From assembly GCA_027593235.1 (NCBI GenBank), contig JAQCIU010000007.1, positions 52,983 to 116,982 on the forward strand: a stretch of 64,000 nt of DNA. Reading direction: 5' to 3'. Of this stretch, positions 46,130 through 58,554 are shown in pieces; position 1 is the first letter of the stretch, and each line of letters opens with the position of its first letter. The notes under the pieces are model-generated. The model did not search any database, had not been told where the DNA came from, and was given only the letters and a program-made list of their open reading frames with translations. The position numbers were made by a program, and so were the translations under genes. This DNA is from Chloroflexota bacterium. GTDB lineage: Bacteria > Chloroflexota > Dehalococcoidia > UBA2979.

Positions 46130-47050
46130 GTGACCACCCAGCAGCCAGCCGCCAACGACGCCACCGCAACCGCGGCGGATCTCCACGCCGAAATCGGCGT
46201 GATTGGCGGTACCGGCTTCTACCGCCTGGATGGCCTCTCCGAGGTCGTGCGCGTCCGCCTCGACACCCCCTTTGGCTCGCCCAGCTCCGCGATCACGATC
46301 GGGACTCTCCACGGCCGCCGCGTCGCCTTCCTCTCGCGACACGACGAGGGCCACCGGCTGCTCCCCTCGGAGATCCCTGCACACGCCAACATCCACGCGT
46401 TCAAGTCGCTTGGCGTGCAGCAGATCATGACCGTCTCCGCGGTCGGCTCGCTACGCGAAGAATGCGCACCGCTCCACGCTGTCGTCCCGGATCAGCTCAT
46501 CGATCGCACCCGCGGCCGCCACGCGACCTTCTTCGGGAACGGTGTCGTCGCCCACGTCGGATTCGCCGATCCATTCGATCCCACACTGGCCGCCGCGCTG
46601 GCTGCCGGCGCGGAAGCCGCCGGCGTGACCACGCACCGCGGCGGCACGTTGATCGTGATGGAAGGCCCGACGTTCTCCACCCGCGCTGAATCGCAGCTCT
46701 ACCGATCCTGGGGCGCGAGCATCATCGGCATGACCGCGCTTCCGGAGGCCAAGCTCGCCCGCGAAGCGGAGCTTTGCTACGCCTCGCTCTGCCTCGTCAC
46801 CGACTACGACGTCTGGCACGAGACCGAAGCCGATGTCAGCTCCGACCTGATCCTCAAGAACCTCCGCGCCAATACCGAACACGCGAAGCAGGCCGTCAGC
46901 CACGCGATCGCCGCGCTCGATCGCGCGCTCCCGGACTGCGACTGCCGGAACGCCCTCGCGGGTGCGCTGATCACGCCGAAGGAGCTGGTGCCGGTCGCCA
47001 CGCGACGCGCGCTGGACGCCATCACCAGCCGCTACTGGGGACCGGCGTAG
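46130..47050 (+). CDS. mtnP: S-methyl-5'-thioadenosine phosphorylase
   Basis: IGGTG, TPFGSPS, SAVGSL, MEGPTFSTRAES, GMTALPEAKLAREAE, VTDYDVW. Confidence 0.95.
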   Translation: MTTQQPAANDATATAADLHAEIGVIGGTGFYRLDGLSEVVRVRLDTPFGSPSSAITIGTLHGRRVAFLSRHDEGHRLLPSEIPAHANIHAFKSLGVQQIMTVSAVGSLREECAPLHAVVPDQLIDRTRGRHATFFGNGVVAHVGFADPFDPTLAAALAAGAEAAGVTTHRGGTLIVMEGPTFSTRAESQLYRSWGASIIGMTALPEAKLAREAELCYASLCLVTDYDVWHETEADVSSDLILKNLRANTEHAKQAVSHAIAALDRALPDCDCRNALAGALITPKELVPVATRRALDAITSRYWGPA

Positions 47051-47054
47051 CCAG

Positions 47055-47987
47055 GTGACGCACACGCAAGCGCACCGTCAGGTCGGCGATCAGGCCGCGC
47101 CAGCGGACTACCGGATCCGCCACGTCCGCGATCCGCGCCTCCTCGAAGCGGCACTCTCCGAGGACCGCGCGCTGGCCGCGTACGCCCTCGGTCACCTGGA
47201 ACCCGGCCTCATCGAAACCGCTGACTTCTTTCTGGCAGATGGTCCGGCCGGACGTGGTGTCGTGATGCATGCGTACGGCATGGGCCAGACCACCGTCGTT
47301 ACTGGCGCGGCCGAAGCCGTGGCCGCCATCGTCTCGCTGCACCCGGGCCCGCGCCGCTCCTACCTCTCCACCTCCACGCCCGAGCAGATTCGCCTGCTCC
47401 GCCGCTACTTCCGCGTCTACGACGAACTGCCAATGCGCCGAATGGCGCTCACCCGCGCGGCGTTCCAGCCGATCGGGGGCGAAGTCCGCCGCCTGGGCGG
47501 TCGCGACGTCGGGCGCCTCAACGCCCTCTACGCCTCCGAGGGCGGCCCCAGCTTCTATCGCGCCGACACGATCGATCGCTCCGTTTATTACGGTGCATTC
47601 GACGGGCAACGGCTCGTTGCGGTCGCCGGGTCGCACGTCGTCGCGCCAAATGCTTCGATTGCCGTGGTGGGGAATGTCTTCACCGCAGCCGAATATCGAG
47701 GGTGCGGCCTCGCCATGCGAACAACTTCAGCCGTGACTGAAGCGCTGTTCTCGCGCGGCTGCGCTGATGTGGTATTGACCGTCGATCCGAAGAACAGCCC
47801 GGCAGTTCGGGCCTATCAGCGGCTCGGCTACGTATTCGGCTCCGTGGTCGTCGAAGCGCGATTGCAGCGCACCGACACCCTCGGGATCGAGCCGGCGCTC
47901 AGGCGCCGTGCCGCACGACGACGAGGGCGGGACCTCGAACCACCAGGGACGGAAGTCGTGCCAGCGCGCACCGGCGCCCGGCAATGA
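47055..47987 (+). CDS. GNAT family acetyltransferase
   Basis: VGNVFTAAEYRGCGLA, NSPAVRAYQRLGY. Confidence 0.88.
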   Translation: MTHTQAHRQVGDQAAPADYRIRHVRDPRLLEAALSEDRALAAYALGHLEPGLIETADFFLADGPAGRGVVMHAYGMGQTTVVTGAAEAVAAIVSLHPGPRRSYLSTSTPEQIRLLRRYFRVYDELPMRRMALTRAAFQPIGGEVRRLGGRDVGRLNALYASEGGPSFYRADTIDRSVYYGAFDGQRLVAVAGSHVVAPNASIAVVGNVFTAAEYRGCGLAMRTTSAVTEALFSRGCADVVLTVDPKNSPAVRAYQRLGYVFGSVVVEARLQRTDTLGIEPALRRRAARRRGRDLEPPGTEVVPARTGARQ

Positions 47988-47991
47988 ATGA

Positions 47992-49278
<1,287 letters not shown>

Positions 49279-49323
49279 CGGCCACCGTCTCCCGCACCAC
49301 CCGCCCTTCGAGAGGATCCGCGT

Positions 49324-50550
49324 ATGAGCACGTCGTTCATGACCTCACCGTCATTCCACTTCACCAGTGAGTCCGTGACCGAAGGTCACCCCGACAAGCT
49401 GTGTGACCAGGTCTCGGACGCCGTCCTCGACGCGCTCCTCGCGGAGGATCCCGACTCGCGCGTCGCCTGCGAGACGGCGACCACCACCGGCACCGTCTGG
49501 GTCTTCGGCGAAATCTCCACGAAGGCCTACATCGACATCGAGAAGATCGTCCGTGAGACCGTGCGCCGCATCGGCTACACGGGATCCGACATCGGCTTCG
49601 ACGCGGACACCTGCGGCGTCCTCACCTCAATCAAGGAGCAGTCCGCCGACATCGCCCAGGGCGTGAACCGTGCCATCGAGGCGCGCGAACGAGCCGGCGA
49701 GGTAGACCCGTACGACCTCGCGGGTGCCGGCGACCAGGGAATGATGATCGGCTTCGCCTGCAACGAGACGCCGGAACTGATGCCACTCACCGCGTCCCTC
49801 GCCCAGGCACTGACCCGTCGCCTCGCCGAGGTGCGGCGCAGCGGCGAACTGCCCTATCTCCGGCCCGACGGGAAGGCCCAGATCACCGTCGAGTACGCCT
49901 ACGGTGTGCCGAAGCGCATCTCCGCCGTCGTCGTCTCTACCCAGCACTCACCGGACGTCGCGGAGAGCGACCTGCATCGCGACGTCGAGCAGCACGTGAT
50001 CCGCGCGATCTGCCCGGCTGACCTGTTGGACGACAACACGCGCATCTACGTGAACCCAACCGGTCGCTTCGTCACCGGCGGCCCGATGGGCGACGCCGGC
50101 CTCACCGGGCGCAAGATCATCGTCGACACCTACGGCGGCGTCGCCCGGCATGGTGGCGGCGCCTTCAGCGGCAAGGACCCCTCGAAGGTCGACCGCTCCG
50201 CCGCGTACGCCGCGCGCCACGTCGCCAAGAACATCGTCGCCGCCGGCCTCGCCGATCGCTTCGAGGTCCAAGTCTCCTACGCCATCGGCGTCGCCGAGCC
50301 CACCTCGATCGCGTTCGAGACCTTCGGCACCGAGCACGTCGCGCCCGAGGTCATCGACCGGCTGATCAAGGAGCACTTCGATCTGCGACCGGCGGCGATC
50401 ATCGACCAGCTCGATCTGAAGCGGCCGATTTACCAGCAGGTCGCCTCGTACGGCCACTTTGGTCGCACCGATCTGGATCTGCCATGGGAGCGGACCAACC
50501 TCGCGGACACGCTCCGGCGCGAAGCCGGGCTCTCCGGCGGCGGAGACTAG
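49324..50550 (+). CDS. metK: Methionine adenosyltransferase
   Basis: [28 protein letters not shown]. Confidence 0.98.
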   Translation: MSTSFMTSPSFHFTSESVTEGHPDKLCDQVSDAVLDALLAEDPDSRVACETATTTGTVWVFGEISTKAYIDIEKIVRETVRRIGYTGSDIGFDADTCGVLTSIKEQSADIAQGVNRAIEARERAGEVDPYDLAGAGDQGMMIGFACNETPELMPLTASLAQALTRRLAEVRRSGELPYLRPDGKAQITVEYAYGVPKRISAVVVSTQHSPDVAESDLHRDVEQHVIRAICPADLLDDNTRIYVNPTGRFVTGGPMGDAGLTGRKIIVDTYGGVARHGGGAFSGKDPSKVDRSAAYAARHVAKNIVAAGLADRFEVQVSYAIGVAEPTSIAFETFGTEHVAPEVIDRLIKEHFDLRPAAIIDQLDLKRPIYQQVASYGHFGRTDLDLPWERTNLADTLRREAGLSGGGD

Positions 50551-50604
50551 TCGCGGTTCCGCGGGCCTTGGACGGCTCGCGCTACAGCACCTAGGATCAA
50601 GGTC

Positions 50605-51642
50605 GTGCGCGCAATCGTCCTCGTCGGTGGCCAGGGTACGCGGCTGCGTCCACTCACGTGGCGCTCCCCGAAGGCGCTTGTCCCCGTTCTGAACCGCCCG
50701 CTGCTGGAACACCTGCTGCTGCACCTCAAGCGTCACGCCATCACTCGTATCACCCTCGCGATGACACAGCGCAACGCTGAGATCCGCGACGCCTTCGGCG
50801 ACGGCTCCGCGCTCGGCATCCAGCTCGAATACGCCTACGAGGACACCCCGCTCGGTTCGGGCGGCGCGATCGCCAGCGTCGCGCAGGGCTGGGACGAGCC
50901 CTTCCTCGTCGCCAACGGCGACATCATCACCGACCTCGATCTCACCGCCATGTTCGCCTTCCATCGCGAACGCGGCGCGGAGCTGACCATGCACCTCCAC
51001 GAGGTGCCAGACCCCTCCCAGTTCGGTGTCGCCGTGACCGCGCCGGACGGGCGCATCACCCGCTTCGTCGAGAAGCCGCCCGCCGAGTCCGCCCCCTCCA
51101 ACCTGATCAACGCCGGCAACTGGCTCTTCGAGCCCTCCGTGATCGCCGAGCTCGATCCCAACGGCTTCAACCGCGTCGAGGATGGCCTCTTCCCCAACAT
51201 GTGCTCCGCCGGTCGCCCCATCTACGGCTTCAGCCTCCCCAGCTACTGGCGCGACATCGGCAACTCCGAGGCGCTTCGCCTCGTCAACCTCGATCTCGTC
51301 GCCGGCTCCATCCCCGGCCGGGTGCCTGACGGCACCAACGGCGTGCTCGCCGGCAGCGGCACGACCATCGAGGCCGGCGCGAACGTCGCCGCGCCCACCG
51401 TCCTCGGCGACCAGTGCGCCGTCGCCATGGGCGCAACCGTCGAACGCACCGTCTGCTGGGACCGCGTCACCATCCAGGCAGGAGCCACCGTCAGTGACTC
51501 CGTCCTCGCCAGTGGCGTCAGCGTGGGTGCCGGTGCCACGATTGAACGATCCGTCGTCGCGCATGGCGCGCGCATCGCTGCCGGTGCGCGTGTGATCGAT
51601 GAACAAGTGGAACCGGACGCCGTGATCGAGGCCGCATCATGA
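50605..51642 (+). CDS. NDP-sugar pyrophosphorylase (mannose-1-phosphate guanylyltransferase-like)
   Basis: GGQGTRLRPLT, FVEKP, C-terminal hexapeptide repeats. Confidence 0.9.
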   Translation: MRAIVLVGGQGTRLRPLTWRSPKALVPVLNRPLLEHLLLHLKRHAITRITLAMTQRNAEIRDAFGDGSALGIQLEYAYEDTPLGSGGAIASVAQGWDEPFLVANGDIITDLDLTAMFAFHRERGAELTMHLHEVPDPSQFGVAVTAPDGRITRFVEKPPAESAPSNLINAGNWLFEPSVIAELDPNGFNRVEDGLFPNMCSAGRPIYGFSLPSYWRDIGNSEALRLVNLDLVAGSIPGRVPDGTNGVLAGSGTTIEAGANVAAPTVLGDQCAVAMGATVERTVCWDRVTIQAGATVSDSVLASGVSVGAGATIERSVVAHGARIAAGARVIDEQVEPDAVIEAAS

Positions 51643-53072
51643 CCCCTAACGAAATCCGCTTCGGCACCGACGGCTGGCGCGCCGTGATCGCCGATGACTA
51701 CACGTTCGATAACGTCCGCGCCGTCTCCCAGGCAATGGCCGACTACCTCAAACGGCACGGCGAAACCAAGGAAGTGGTGATCGGCTACGACACGCGCTTC
51801 CTCTCCGGCTCATTCGCCGGCGCCGTCGCGGAGGTCATGGTCGCCAACGACATCCCCGTCGCCCTCACCTCCTCCTTCGTCCCCACGCCCGCCCTCTCCT
51901 TCGCCGTCCGCGAACGCGGCGCCAGCGCGGGGGTGATGATCACCGCCAGCCACAACCCCGCCCGCTGGAACGGCTTCAAAATCAAATCGGCGCAGGGCGG
52001 TACCGCCTCACCTGAGGTCACGAGCGAGATCGAGCAGGGCATCCCCGGCGTCATCGCCGGAGACCGCGTCAAGTACATGCCACTGGGCGAGGCGGAGGCC
52101 AAGGGCCTCGTCGAACGCATCGACGCCGAGACCTCCTACCTCAAGGCGATCCGCGACTTCGTCGATATCGATGCGATTCGGGACTCCAGCCTCAACGTGC
52201 TCGTCGACTCAATGTTCGGCTCCGCGCAGGGCTGGACCGTCGCCGCCATCGGCGAGGGCGCCGTCCACGTCCGCGAAATCCGCGCGCGCCGCAACCCCGG
52301 ATTCCCGGGCATGCGCGCACCCGAACCAATCGCCGCGAACCTCGGGGAATCGATGCAGCGCATCGCCGAGGGCGGCTTCGACATCGGTCTCTCCACCGAC
52401 GGTGACGGCGATCGCTTCGGCCTGATCGATGAGCAGGGCCGCTTCATCACCCAGCTCCAGACCTTCGCGCTCCTCGTCTACTACCAGCTCGCCGTCCGCG
52501 AACAGCGCGGACCGATCGTCCGCTCCGTCACCATGACCCGGATGGTCGACAAGCTCGGCGAACACTTCGGCTGCGAAGTCTACGAGACCCCCGTCGGCTT
52601 CAAGTACCTCGGCCCGAAGATGATCGAAACCGACGCGCTGATCGCCGGCGAAGAGTCCGGCGGCTCTGCCGTCCGCGGCCACATCCCGGAGCGCGATGGC
52701 CTGCTCGCCGGCCTCTTCATGCTCGATTTCGTCGCGCGCACGGGCAAGAAGCCCTCGCAGCTCCTCGAAGAGCTCTACGACCTCGTTGGGCGTCACGAAT
52801 ACGATCGCGTGGACGTCACCGTCCGCGGCGACGAAAAGGACGCCATCCTCAAGCGCGTCGCGGAAGCTCGCCCGAAGAAGATCGCCGGGCTCCCCGTCAT
52901 CGGTCAGGACGAGCTGGACGGATTCCGTTTCACGCTCGAAGGCGGCTGGTGGCTGCTGCTCCGCTTCAGCGGAACGGAACCGCTGCTCCGGATCTACGCG
53001 GAGATGCCGTCCATGGATCAGGTCCAGCAAGCGCTACAGGACGGACAGGAACTCGCCGGCGTCGCGCTCTAG
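51639..53072 (+). CDS. Phosphoglucomutase/phosphomannomutase
   Basis: FGTDGWR, TASHNP, DGDGDR, GEESGG, RFSGTEP. Confidence 0.95.
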   Translation: MTPNEIRFGTDGWRAVIADDYTFDNVRAVSQAMADYLKRHGETKEVVIGYDTRFLSGSFAGAVAEVMVANDIPVALTSSFVPTPALSFAVRERGASAGVMITASHNPARWNGFKIKSAQGGTASPEVTSEIEQGIPGVIAGDRVKYMPLGEAEAKGLVERIDAETSYLKAIRDFVDIDAIRDSSLNVLVDSMFGSAQGWTVAAIGEGAVHVREIRARRNPGFPGMRAPEPIAANLGESMQRIAEGGFDIGLSTDGDGDRFGLIDEQGRFITQLQTFALLVYYQLAVREQRGPIVRSVTMTRMVDKLGEHFGCEVYETPVGFKYLGPKMIETDALIAGEESGGSAVRGHIPERDGLLAGLFMLDFVARTGKKPSQLLEELYDLVGRHEYDRVDVTVRGDEKDAILKRVAEARPKKIAGLPVIGQDELDGFRFTLEGGWWLLLRFSGTEPLLRIYAEMPSMDQVQQALQDGQELAGVAL

Positions 53073-53096
53073 CGCGACACAAATGACAGGGGCGTC

Positions 53097-54152
53097 ATGA
53101 CCGCCGACAGCTCGCACCCGCTTGATGATCCGTCGATCTACGATCGCCACGATCCCAACGGCATGGGCGCCGCGATCATTGGGCTCCCGGATCAGGTTCG
53201 CGCCGCCTGGACCACCGGTCGCGCGTGGACGCCCCCGGCCTCGTTCGTGACGCCCACCCGCGTCGTCATCATCGGCATGGGCGGCTCGGCCATCGGCGCC
53301 GACATCGCATCCACGCTCGCACGACTCACCTCCCCGATCGCTGTCGAGGTGATTCGCGACTACACCGCGCCACCAATCGCGCCGGGCACGCTCGTGATCG
53401 CCAGCTCCGTTTCCGGCAACACCGAGGAGACGCTCGCGGCATACGAGGTCGCCCGCGCCGGCGATGGCATGCACATGGCGATCACCACCGGCGGCAAGCT
53501 CGCCGCCATCGATGCTCCGCTGCTCCGCTACGACTGGGGATTCCACCCTCGCGCCGCGCTCGGCTGGGGTCTCATGCCCCTCGCCGCCGTGCTCACCCGC
53601 CTCGGTGTCCTCGCGATCAGCGACGACGAGGTGCGCGCCACCACTGCCGCGCTCGACGCCATCAACGCGGCCGTCGGCCGCGACGTCCCGACCACCAGCA
53701 ACCGTGCGAAGCAGATCGCCCTCCGCCTCCAGGGCCGCATGCCGGTCATCGTTGGATCGAGCCTCCTCGAGGTCGCGGCGCGGCGCTGGGCTGGACAGGT
53801 CCAGGAGAACGCCAAGCAGTGGGGCTTCTCCGCCGCGCTGCCGGAGTTCAACCACAACTTCCTGAACGGCCTCGGACTGCCCTCGCCGGGCCTCGAGCAA
53901 CTCCACGTGCTCTTCCTCGACTCCACCGTCATCCATCCACGCGTGCGCCGTCGCATCGAACTCACCCTCCAGCCGCTGGAACAGGCGCGCGTCGCCCACA
54001 GCACCGAACTGATCGAGGGTGACAGCCCGCTGCACACGCTCCTGGGCGGCTGCTACCTGGGCGACTGGGTGTCCTACTACCTCGCCATGCTCAACGGCGC
54101 TGACCCGGCAGACACCAGCCCCATCGAGAGCTTCAAGCAGCGCATGGGCTAG
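53097..54152 (+). CDS. Bifunctional phosphoglucose/phosphomannose isomerase
   Basis: GMGGSAIG, SVSGNTEETL, QENAK, PEFNHN. Confidence 0.92.
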   Translation: MTADSSHPLDDPSIYDRHDPNGMGAAIIGLPDQVRAAWTTGRAWTPPASFVTPTRVVIIGMGGSAIGADIASTLARLTSPIAVEVIRDYTAPPIAPGTLVIASSVSGNTEETLAAYEVARAGDGMHMAITTGGKLAAIDAPLLRYDWGFHPRAALGWGLMPLAAVLTRLGVLAISDDEVRATTAALDAINAAVGRDVPTTSNRAKQIALRLQGRMPVIVGSSLLEVAARRWAGQVQENAKQWGFSAALPEFNHNFLNGLGLPSPGLEQLHVLFLDSTVIHPRVRRRIELTLQPLEQARVAHSTELIEGDSPLHTLLGGCYLGDWVSYYLAMLNGADPADTSPIESFKQRMG

Positions 54153-54369
54153 CCTGCCCCCGGCACTCCGGCACCGGTTCCTCCGTGACCGCCAATCCCA
54201 GCACTCCGCAAGGAAGCACGCACCAGGCGGGCTGACCTCAGATACGGCTCCGACGCCACCGCGCCTGCGGCTCGCCTTCGCTGCTACGTAGCCAATGGAT
54301 AGCCAGGGGGTAGCCAGAGCCCAACCCCCACTAGCCGCATGGCGCACGCCAGGGGGCCTTGAGCACAAA

Positions 54370-54397
54370 GAAACGCCCCGCTGTCGCGGGGCGTTTC
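54370..54397 (-). terminator. Terminator of the ribosomal operon (after rpsI)
   Basis: GAAACGCCCCGC/GCGGGGCGTTTC stem followed by TTTGT on the minus strand. Confidence 0.8.
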
Positions 54398-54424
54398 CGT
54401 TCTTCGTGCCGGTCGTCGGAGCGA

Positions 54425-54823
54425 CTAGCGCTTCGTGAACTGCGGCGCCTTGCGCGCGCGCTTCAGGCCGGGCTTCTTGCGCTCCTTCACGCGCGGATCG
54501 CGCGTCAGCAGCCCACCCGCGCGCAGCGGACGGCGGTTCGCCTCGTCGGCCACCACCAGCGCTCGCGCCACGCCGTGCTTGATCGCGCCGGCCCAGCCGG
54601 CCACGCCGCCGCCTTGCACTTTCACCTGCACGTTGTAGCTCTTGTGCGCGTCCACCGCTTCCAGCGGCTGCATCACTTCGTAGCGCAGCGACTCACGAGG
54701 CAGCGCGTCCTCGAACGGCCGGCCGTTGATCACCACCGTGCCGTTGCCGGGGTACAGGCGCACACGCGCCACGGCCGACTTTCGTCGCCCCAGTCCGTAA
54801 AAGTAACGCTGTTCCGTGGTCAT
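54425..54823 (-). CDS. rpsI: 30S ribosomal protein S9
   Basis: [29 protein letters not shown]. Confidence 0.98.
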   Translation of the reverse strand: MTTEQRYFYGLGRRKSAVARVRLYPGNGTVVINGRPFEDALPRESLRYEVMQPLEAVDAHKSYNVQVKVQGGGVAGWAGAIKHGVARALVVADEANRRPLRAGGLLTRDPRVKERKKPGLKRARKAPQFTKR

Positions 54824-55561
54824 CTATTCGTCCTCGCCGGTCGCGACCGGATTCGCATCGTAGTGCGCCTGCACCGCCGACAACACGTCGTCTTTCTTCC
54901 AGTCCGCTTCGATCTCGATGCCGAGTCGCGTCGCCTCGTCATCCAGCTCGCCGCGCTTGTAGCGGGACAACGCGCCAGGGAGGCGTTCGTCCGTCGCCGC
55001 CATCACGGCAGCCGGCTCGGTCGCCGCTACCGCTGCCGGCGTCGCTGCCGCTGCCGCCGGCGTCTCGTTGGCTACCGCGGTCGCGGCGGCCGCAGCGGCC
55101 TCCGCCTGGCGCTCGCGCTTCTTCGCGCGCGCTCCGGTACCGGCCATCACCTGTGCCTCGTGCGGGTGCTCACCGCCCACATACACCTTCAGGTGACGAA
55201 ACAGTTCACGCCCGTGCGAGTTGTGGGGAAGCATCCCCTTCACGGCACGCTCCACCACCTTCGTGGGATCGCGCTCCAGCTGCTCCTCGAGCGTCCGCTC
55301 GCGCAGACCGCCCGGGTAACCGGTGTGCCGGTAGTAGATCTTGGCCTTCATCTTCGCGCCGGTCACCGCCACCTCACCGGCGTTGATGATGACCACGAAG
55401 TCACCCATCGGCAGGTGTGGCTCGAAGGTTGGCTTGTGCTTGCCCAGCAGCAACCGCGCGGCGTCGCTCGCCACTCGGCCCAGCGGTCGGTTGGACGCGT
55501 CCAGGACGTGCCAGCTCCGCTCCATCAATTTCCCGCTGAGGCGGAACGTCTTCGTCGGCAT
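54824..55561 (-). CDS. rplM: 50S ribosomal protein L13 with a C-terminal extension of about 100 aa
   Basis: WHVLDA...LGR, GKHKP, HTGYPGG, GMLP, HPHEAQ. Confidence 0.95.
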   Translation of the reverse strand: MPTKTFRLSGKLMERSWHVLDASNRPLGRVASDAARLLLGKHKPTFEPHLPMGDFVVIINAGEVAVTGAKMKAKIYYRHTGYPGGLRERTLEEQLERDPTKVVERAVKGMLPHNSHGRELFRHLKVYVGGEHPHEAQVMAGTGARAKKRERQAEAAAAAATAVANETPAAAAATPAAVAATEPAAVMAATDERLPGALSRYKRGELDDEATRLGIEIEADWKKDDVLSAVQAHYDANPVATGEDE

Positions 55562-56367
55562 CAAATCTCCTCGGTTCCGTCTCCGGCGCAACCCGCGGAC
55601 CAGTCAATGGCGCCGGGCGGGTAGAGAACGTGCAATAACGTCAGGCCTTGCGGCGGCGCGGTCGGACCAACGCTGCCGGGCGGACCGTCGATCAGATCAG
55701 CGAATGTGGCCGGCGTCAACGCGCCCATCCCCACCTGCGCCAGTGCACCGGCGGTACGCCGGACCTGGTGCGGCAGGAAACCGCTCGCGGCAATCGTGTA
55801 CTCAATGCGGTGCGGCCCGGTGCGGCGCACGTCGCTGCGGTGCAACAGTCGCACCGTCGGGTAGTCGGCCGGCGTCGTGCCGCCAAAGGCCGCCCAGTCG
55901 CGCTCCTCGAACGGGAGCGCGCTCGCCGCCGTGGTCATCGCGTCCGCGTCCAGCCGATCGCGTACCTGCCACGCGTGATCGCGCGACAACGGTGAACGCG
56001 TGCGGCCATCCTCGATCACGTACTGATACACCCGAGACGTCGCGTGACGCCGCGCGTCGAACCCCGGCGCAACCTCGGTCACGGCACGCACCGCCAGGTC
56101 GTCTGCCAGGAAGTGATTCAGCGCCGAACGGACGGTCACGGCATCGTGCCGCGCCGCGGTGTCGATCGTCGCCACCTGGCCGCGTGCGTGTACGCCGGCA
56201 TCCGTGCGCCCCGCGAAGCGGACGCGCAGCTGCTCGCCGGTGAACGCCTGCCAGGCCTCCTCCAGCGTGCCCTGGACCGTGCGGCGCGCGGACTGAAGCT
56301 GCGCCCCGGCAAATGCCGAGCCGTCGTACTCCATCATCAGCGCAAGCCGTCGTGTCGTCCCGGGCAT
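55561..56367 (-). CDS. truA: tRNA pseudouridine(38-40) synthase
   Basis: [32 protein letters not shown]. Confidence 0.96.
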   Translation of the reverse strand: MPGTTRRLALMMEYDGSAFAGAQLQSARRTVQGTLEEAWQAFTGEQLRVRFAGRTDAGVHARGQVATIDTAARHDAVTVRSALNHFLADDLAVRAVTEVAPGFDARRHATSRVYQYVIEDGRTRSPLSRDHAWQVRDRLDADAMTTAASALPFEERDWAAFGGTTPADYPTVRLLHRSDVRRTGPHRIEYTIAASGFLPHQVRRTAGALAQVGMGALTPATFADLIDGPPGSVGPTAPPQGLTLLHVLYPPGAIDWSAGCAGDGTEEI

Positions 56368-56387
56368 CTAGAGTCGCCTTGAACCGA

Positions 56388-56738
56388 TCAGACGAGTTCG
56401 ATACGCGCGATGCGCGAACCGTCGCCGCGTCGCCGTCCGAGCTTCACCACGCGCGTGTACCCGCCCGGTCGCTCCGCGTACCGCGGCGCCAGGTCGTCGA
56501 AGACGTCCTTCACGACCGCCGGGTCGTACACGAACGCCAGCGCCTGACGGCGCGCGTGCAGCGTGCCGCGCTTCCCGAGCGTGATCATTTTCTCGACGAA
56601 GGGCCGTAGCTCCTTCGCCCGCGCCTCGGTCGTCTGGACGTAGCCCTCGCGGAGGACGTCGGTCGTCAGATTGCGGAACATCGCCATACGCTGCGATGTC
56701 GGCATATCGAAACGCCGGCCGTTTCGTCGGTGTCGCAT
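56388..56738 (-). CDS. rplQ: 50S ribosomal protein L17
   Basis: [19 protein letters not shown]. Confidence 0.97.
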   Translation of the reverse strand: MRHRRNGRRFDMPTSQRMAMFRNLTTDVLREGYVQTTEARAKELRPFVEKMITLGKRGTLHARRQALAFVYDPAVVKDVFDDLAPRYAERPGGYTRVVKLGRRRGDGSRIARIELV

Positions 56739-56773
56739 GCCTGTCTCCCTCGAACCGCTCGACTAGCCCGGGG

Positions 56774-57853
56774 CTAGTTCGACTCGCGGTCCGCCTCTTT
56801 CAATGCCTCCATCAGCGCAGCGCCCAGGGCGCCCACCTCTTCGGCATCGTCGTCGTCGTCAGCCATCGCCGCGGGCGCCTCGGTTGCTACCGCAGCCGGC
56901 GCCATCTCCGAGCCATCGTTCCGCGAGTCGGTGCGCGGCGCGGGGAATCCGGCCGTGACCAGCTTCTCCTTCAGCTCGAAGTAGGACTTCTCGCCGAAGT
57001 TGCGCAGCGCCAGCAGCTCTTCCTCGGACTTTTCGAGGACAGCGCCAACAGTCATCAGGCCCGACCGCTTCAGGCAGTTGTATGCACGGACCGAGAGCTG
57101 AAGCTGCTCGATCGGCATGTCGTGGCCCTCGAGGTAGTCCAGGTCCTCCTGGACCGGAGCGACCTCGTGCACCTCGCCGCTCAGGAGCTGGAAGCCCAGC
57201 AACTGCTCGCGGAGGATCTCGGACGCCATCGACAGGGCCTGCTGGCCATCGATCGTGCCGTCCGTCCAAATCTCGAGCTCGAGACGGTCGAAGTTGGTGT
57301 CCTGGCCCACGCGGGTGTTGCCCACGCGGAAGTTCACGCGACGCACCGGCGTGAAGATCGCGTCGACCGGGATCACACCGATCGGCAGGCCCTCGCTCAC
57401 CGTCGCCGGCAGGTAGCCACGCCCGGTCTCGACGTTGAGGTCGACCACCAACGAGGCTTCCTTGCTGTCGAGGGACGCAAGCACCAGCTCTGGGTTCACG
57501 ATCTCGTAGTCGGCGGTCGCCTCGATCTGGCCGGCCGTCACCTCACCGGGACCGCCAACTTCCAGGAAGAGGCGCGCCGGACGATCGGAAAACGCGCGGA
57601 GGCGAACTTCCTTGAGGTTGAGGAGGAATTCGGTCACGTCCTCCTTCATACCCTCGATCGTGGAGAACTCGTGCTCCACGCCTTCAAGGCGCACGGACGT
57701 GATCGCCGCGCCCGGAAGCGAGGACAGCAGCACGCGACGCAACGAGTTGCCTAGCGTGGTGCCGAACCCCTTCTCGAGGGGCTCAGCCACGATCAGCGCA
57801 TAATCCGCTTCATCGCTCTCAACCCGAATCTCGGGCTTCAACAGGTCGGTCAA
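56774..57853 (-). CDS. rpoA: RNA polymerase subunit alpha
   Basis: EPLEKGFGTTLGNSLRRVLLSS, LSVRAYNCLKR, RNFGEKS. Confidence 0.98.
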   Translation of the reverse strand: MTDLLKPEIRVESDEADYALIVAEPLEKGFGTTLGNSLRRVLLSSLPGAAITSVRLEGVEHEFSTIEGMKEDVTEFLLNLKEVRLRAFSDRPARLFLEVGGPGEVTAGQIEATADYEIVNPELVLASLDSKEASLVVDLNVETGRGYLPATVSEGLPIGVIPVDAIFTPVRRVNFRVGNTRVGQDTNFDRLELEIWTDGTIDGQQALSMASEILREQLLGFQLLSGEVHEVAPVQEDLDYLEGHDMPIEQLQLSVRAYNCLKRSGLMTVGAVLEKSEEELLALRNFGEKSYFELKEKLVTAGFPAPRTDSRNDGSEMAPAAVATEAPAAMADDDDDAEEVGALGAALMEALKEADRESN

Positions 57854-57923
57854 GACACACCTCTCTCGCGCCGTCTGCTCCGTCGATCAACGGACGAGCA
57901 GACGTGCGTGTGGGTTCCATTCG

Positions 57924-58526
57924 CTATCGGGAGTAGTACTCCACCACCGCGTTCGGGCTGAAATGCGGCTCCCAGTCCGTCGGTCCCGGCTGCTGCACCA
58001 TCCGGCCCTTGACCGCGTCGCGGTCGACCTCCAGCCAGCCCGGTACGTCGCGGCCCTTGATCTCCTCCTGGAGCACCTTGAAGTACTCCGAGCGGAGACC
58101 GCGGGCGGAGAAGCTGACTTCCTGGGCCAGGCGCACGCGCGCGCTGGGGATGTCGAGCTTCTTTCCCTCGATCGCGATCAAGCCGTGCGTCACGAGCTGG
58201 CGCGCCTGTGGACGCGTGCTCGCGAAGCCCAGCCGGTAGACGACGTTGTCGAGGCGTTCCTCGAGCATCTGCATCAGGTTGTCGCCAGTCACGCCGGTGC
58301 GCTGTTCAGCGCGCTCGTAGACCTTGCGGAACTGCTTTTCCATCAGGCCGTAGGCGTAACGAACCTTCTGCTTTTCGATGAGCTGCTGACCGCGGTCGGA
58401 GATCTTCCGCCGGCGCAGTGCCCGCGGTCCCGGCGGGTAGCCGCGTCGCATTGACTTCGGGTTGCCCCAAAGGTCCGCCCCATAGCGGCGTGACTTTCGC
58501 CACTTCGGTCCCGTGTATCGCGCCAT
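57924..58526 (-). CDS. rpsD: 30S ribosomal protein S4
   Basis: MARYTGP, EKQK, RLDNVVYRLGF, VEYYSR. Confidence 0.97.
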   Translation of the reverse strand: MARYTGPKWRKSRRYGADLWGNPKSMRRGYPPGPRALRRRKISDRGQQLIEKQKVRYAYGLMEKQFRKVYERAEQRTGVTGDNLMQMLEERLDNVVYRLGFASTRPQARQLVTHGLIAIEGKKLDIPSARVRLAQEVSFSARGLRSEYFKVLQEEIKGRDVPGWLEVDRDAVKGRMVQQPGPTDWEPHFSPNAVVEYYSR

Positions 58527-58554
58527 TCGCTCGGCCCTTACCTAGTACTGCTGA

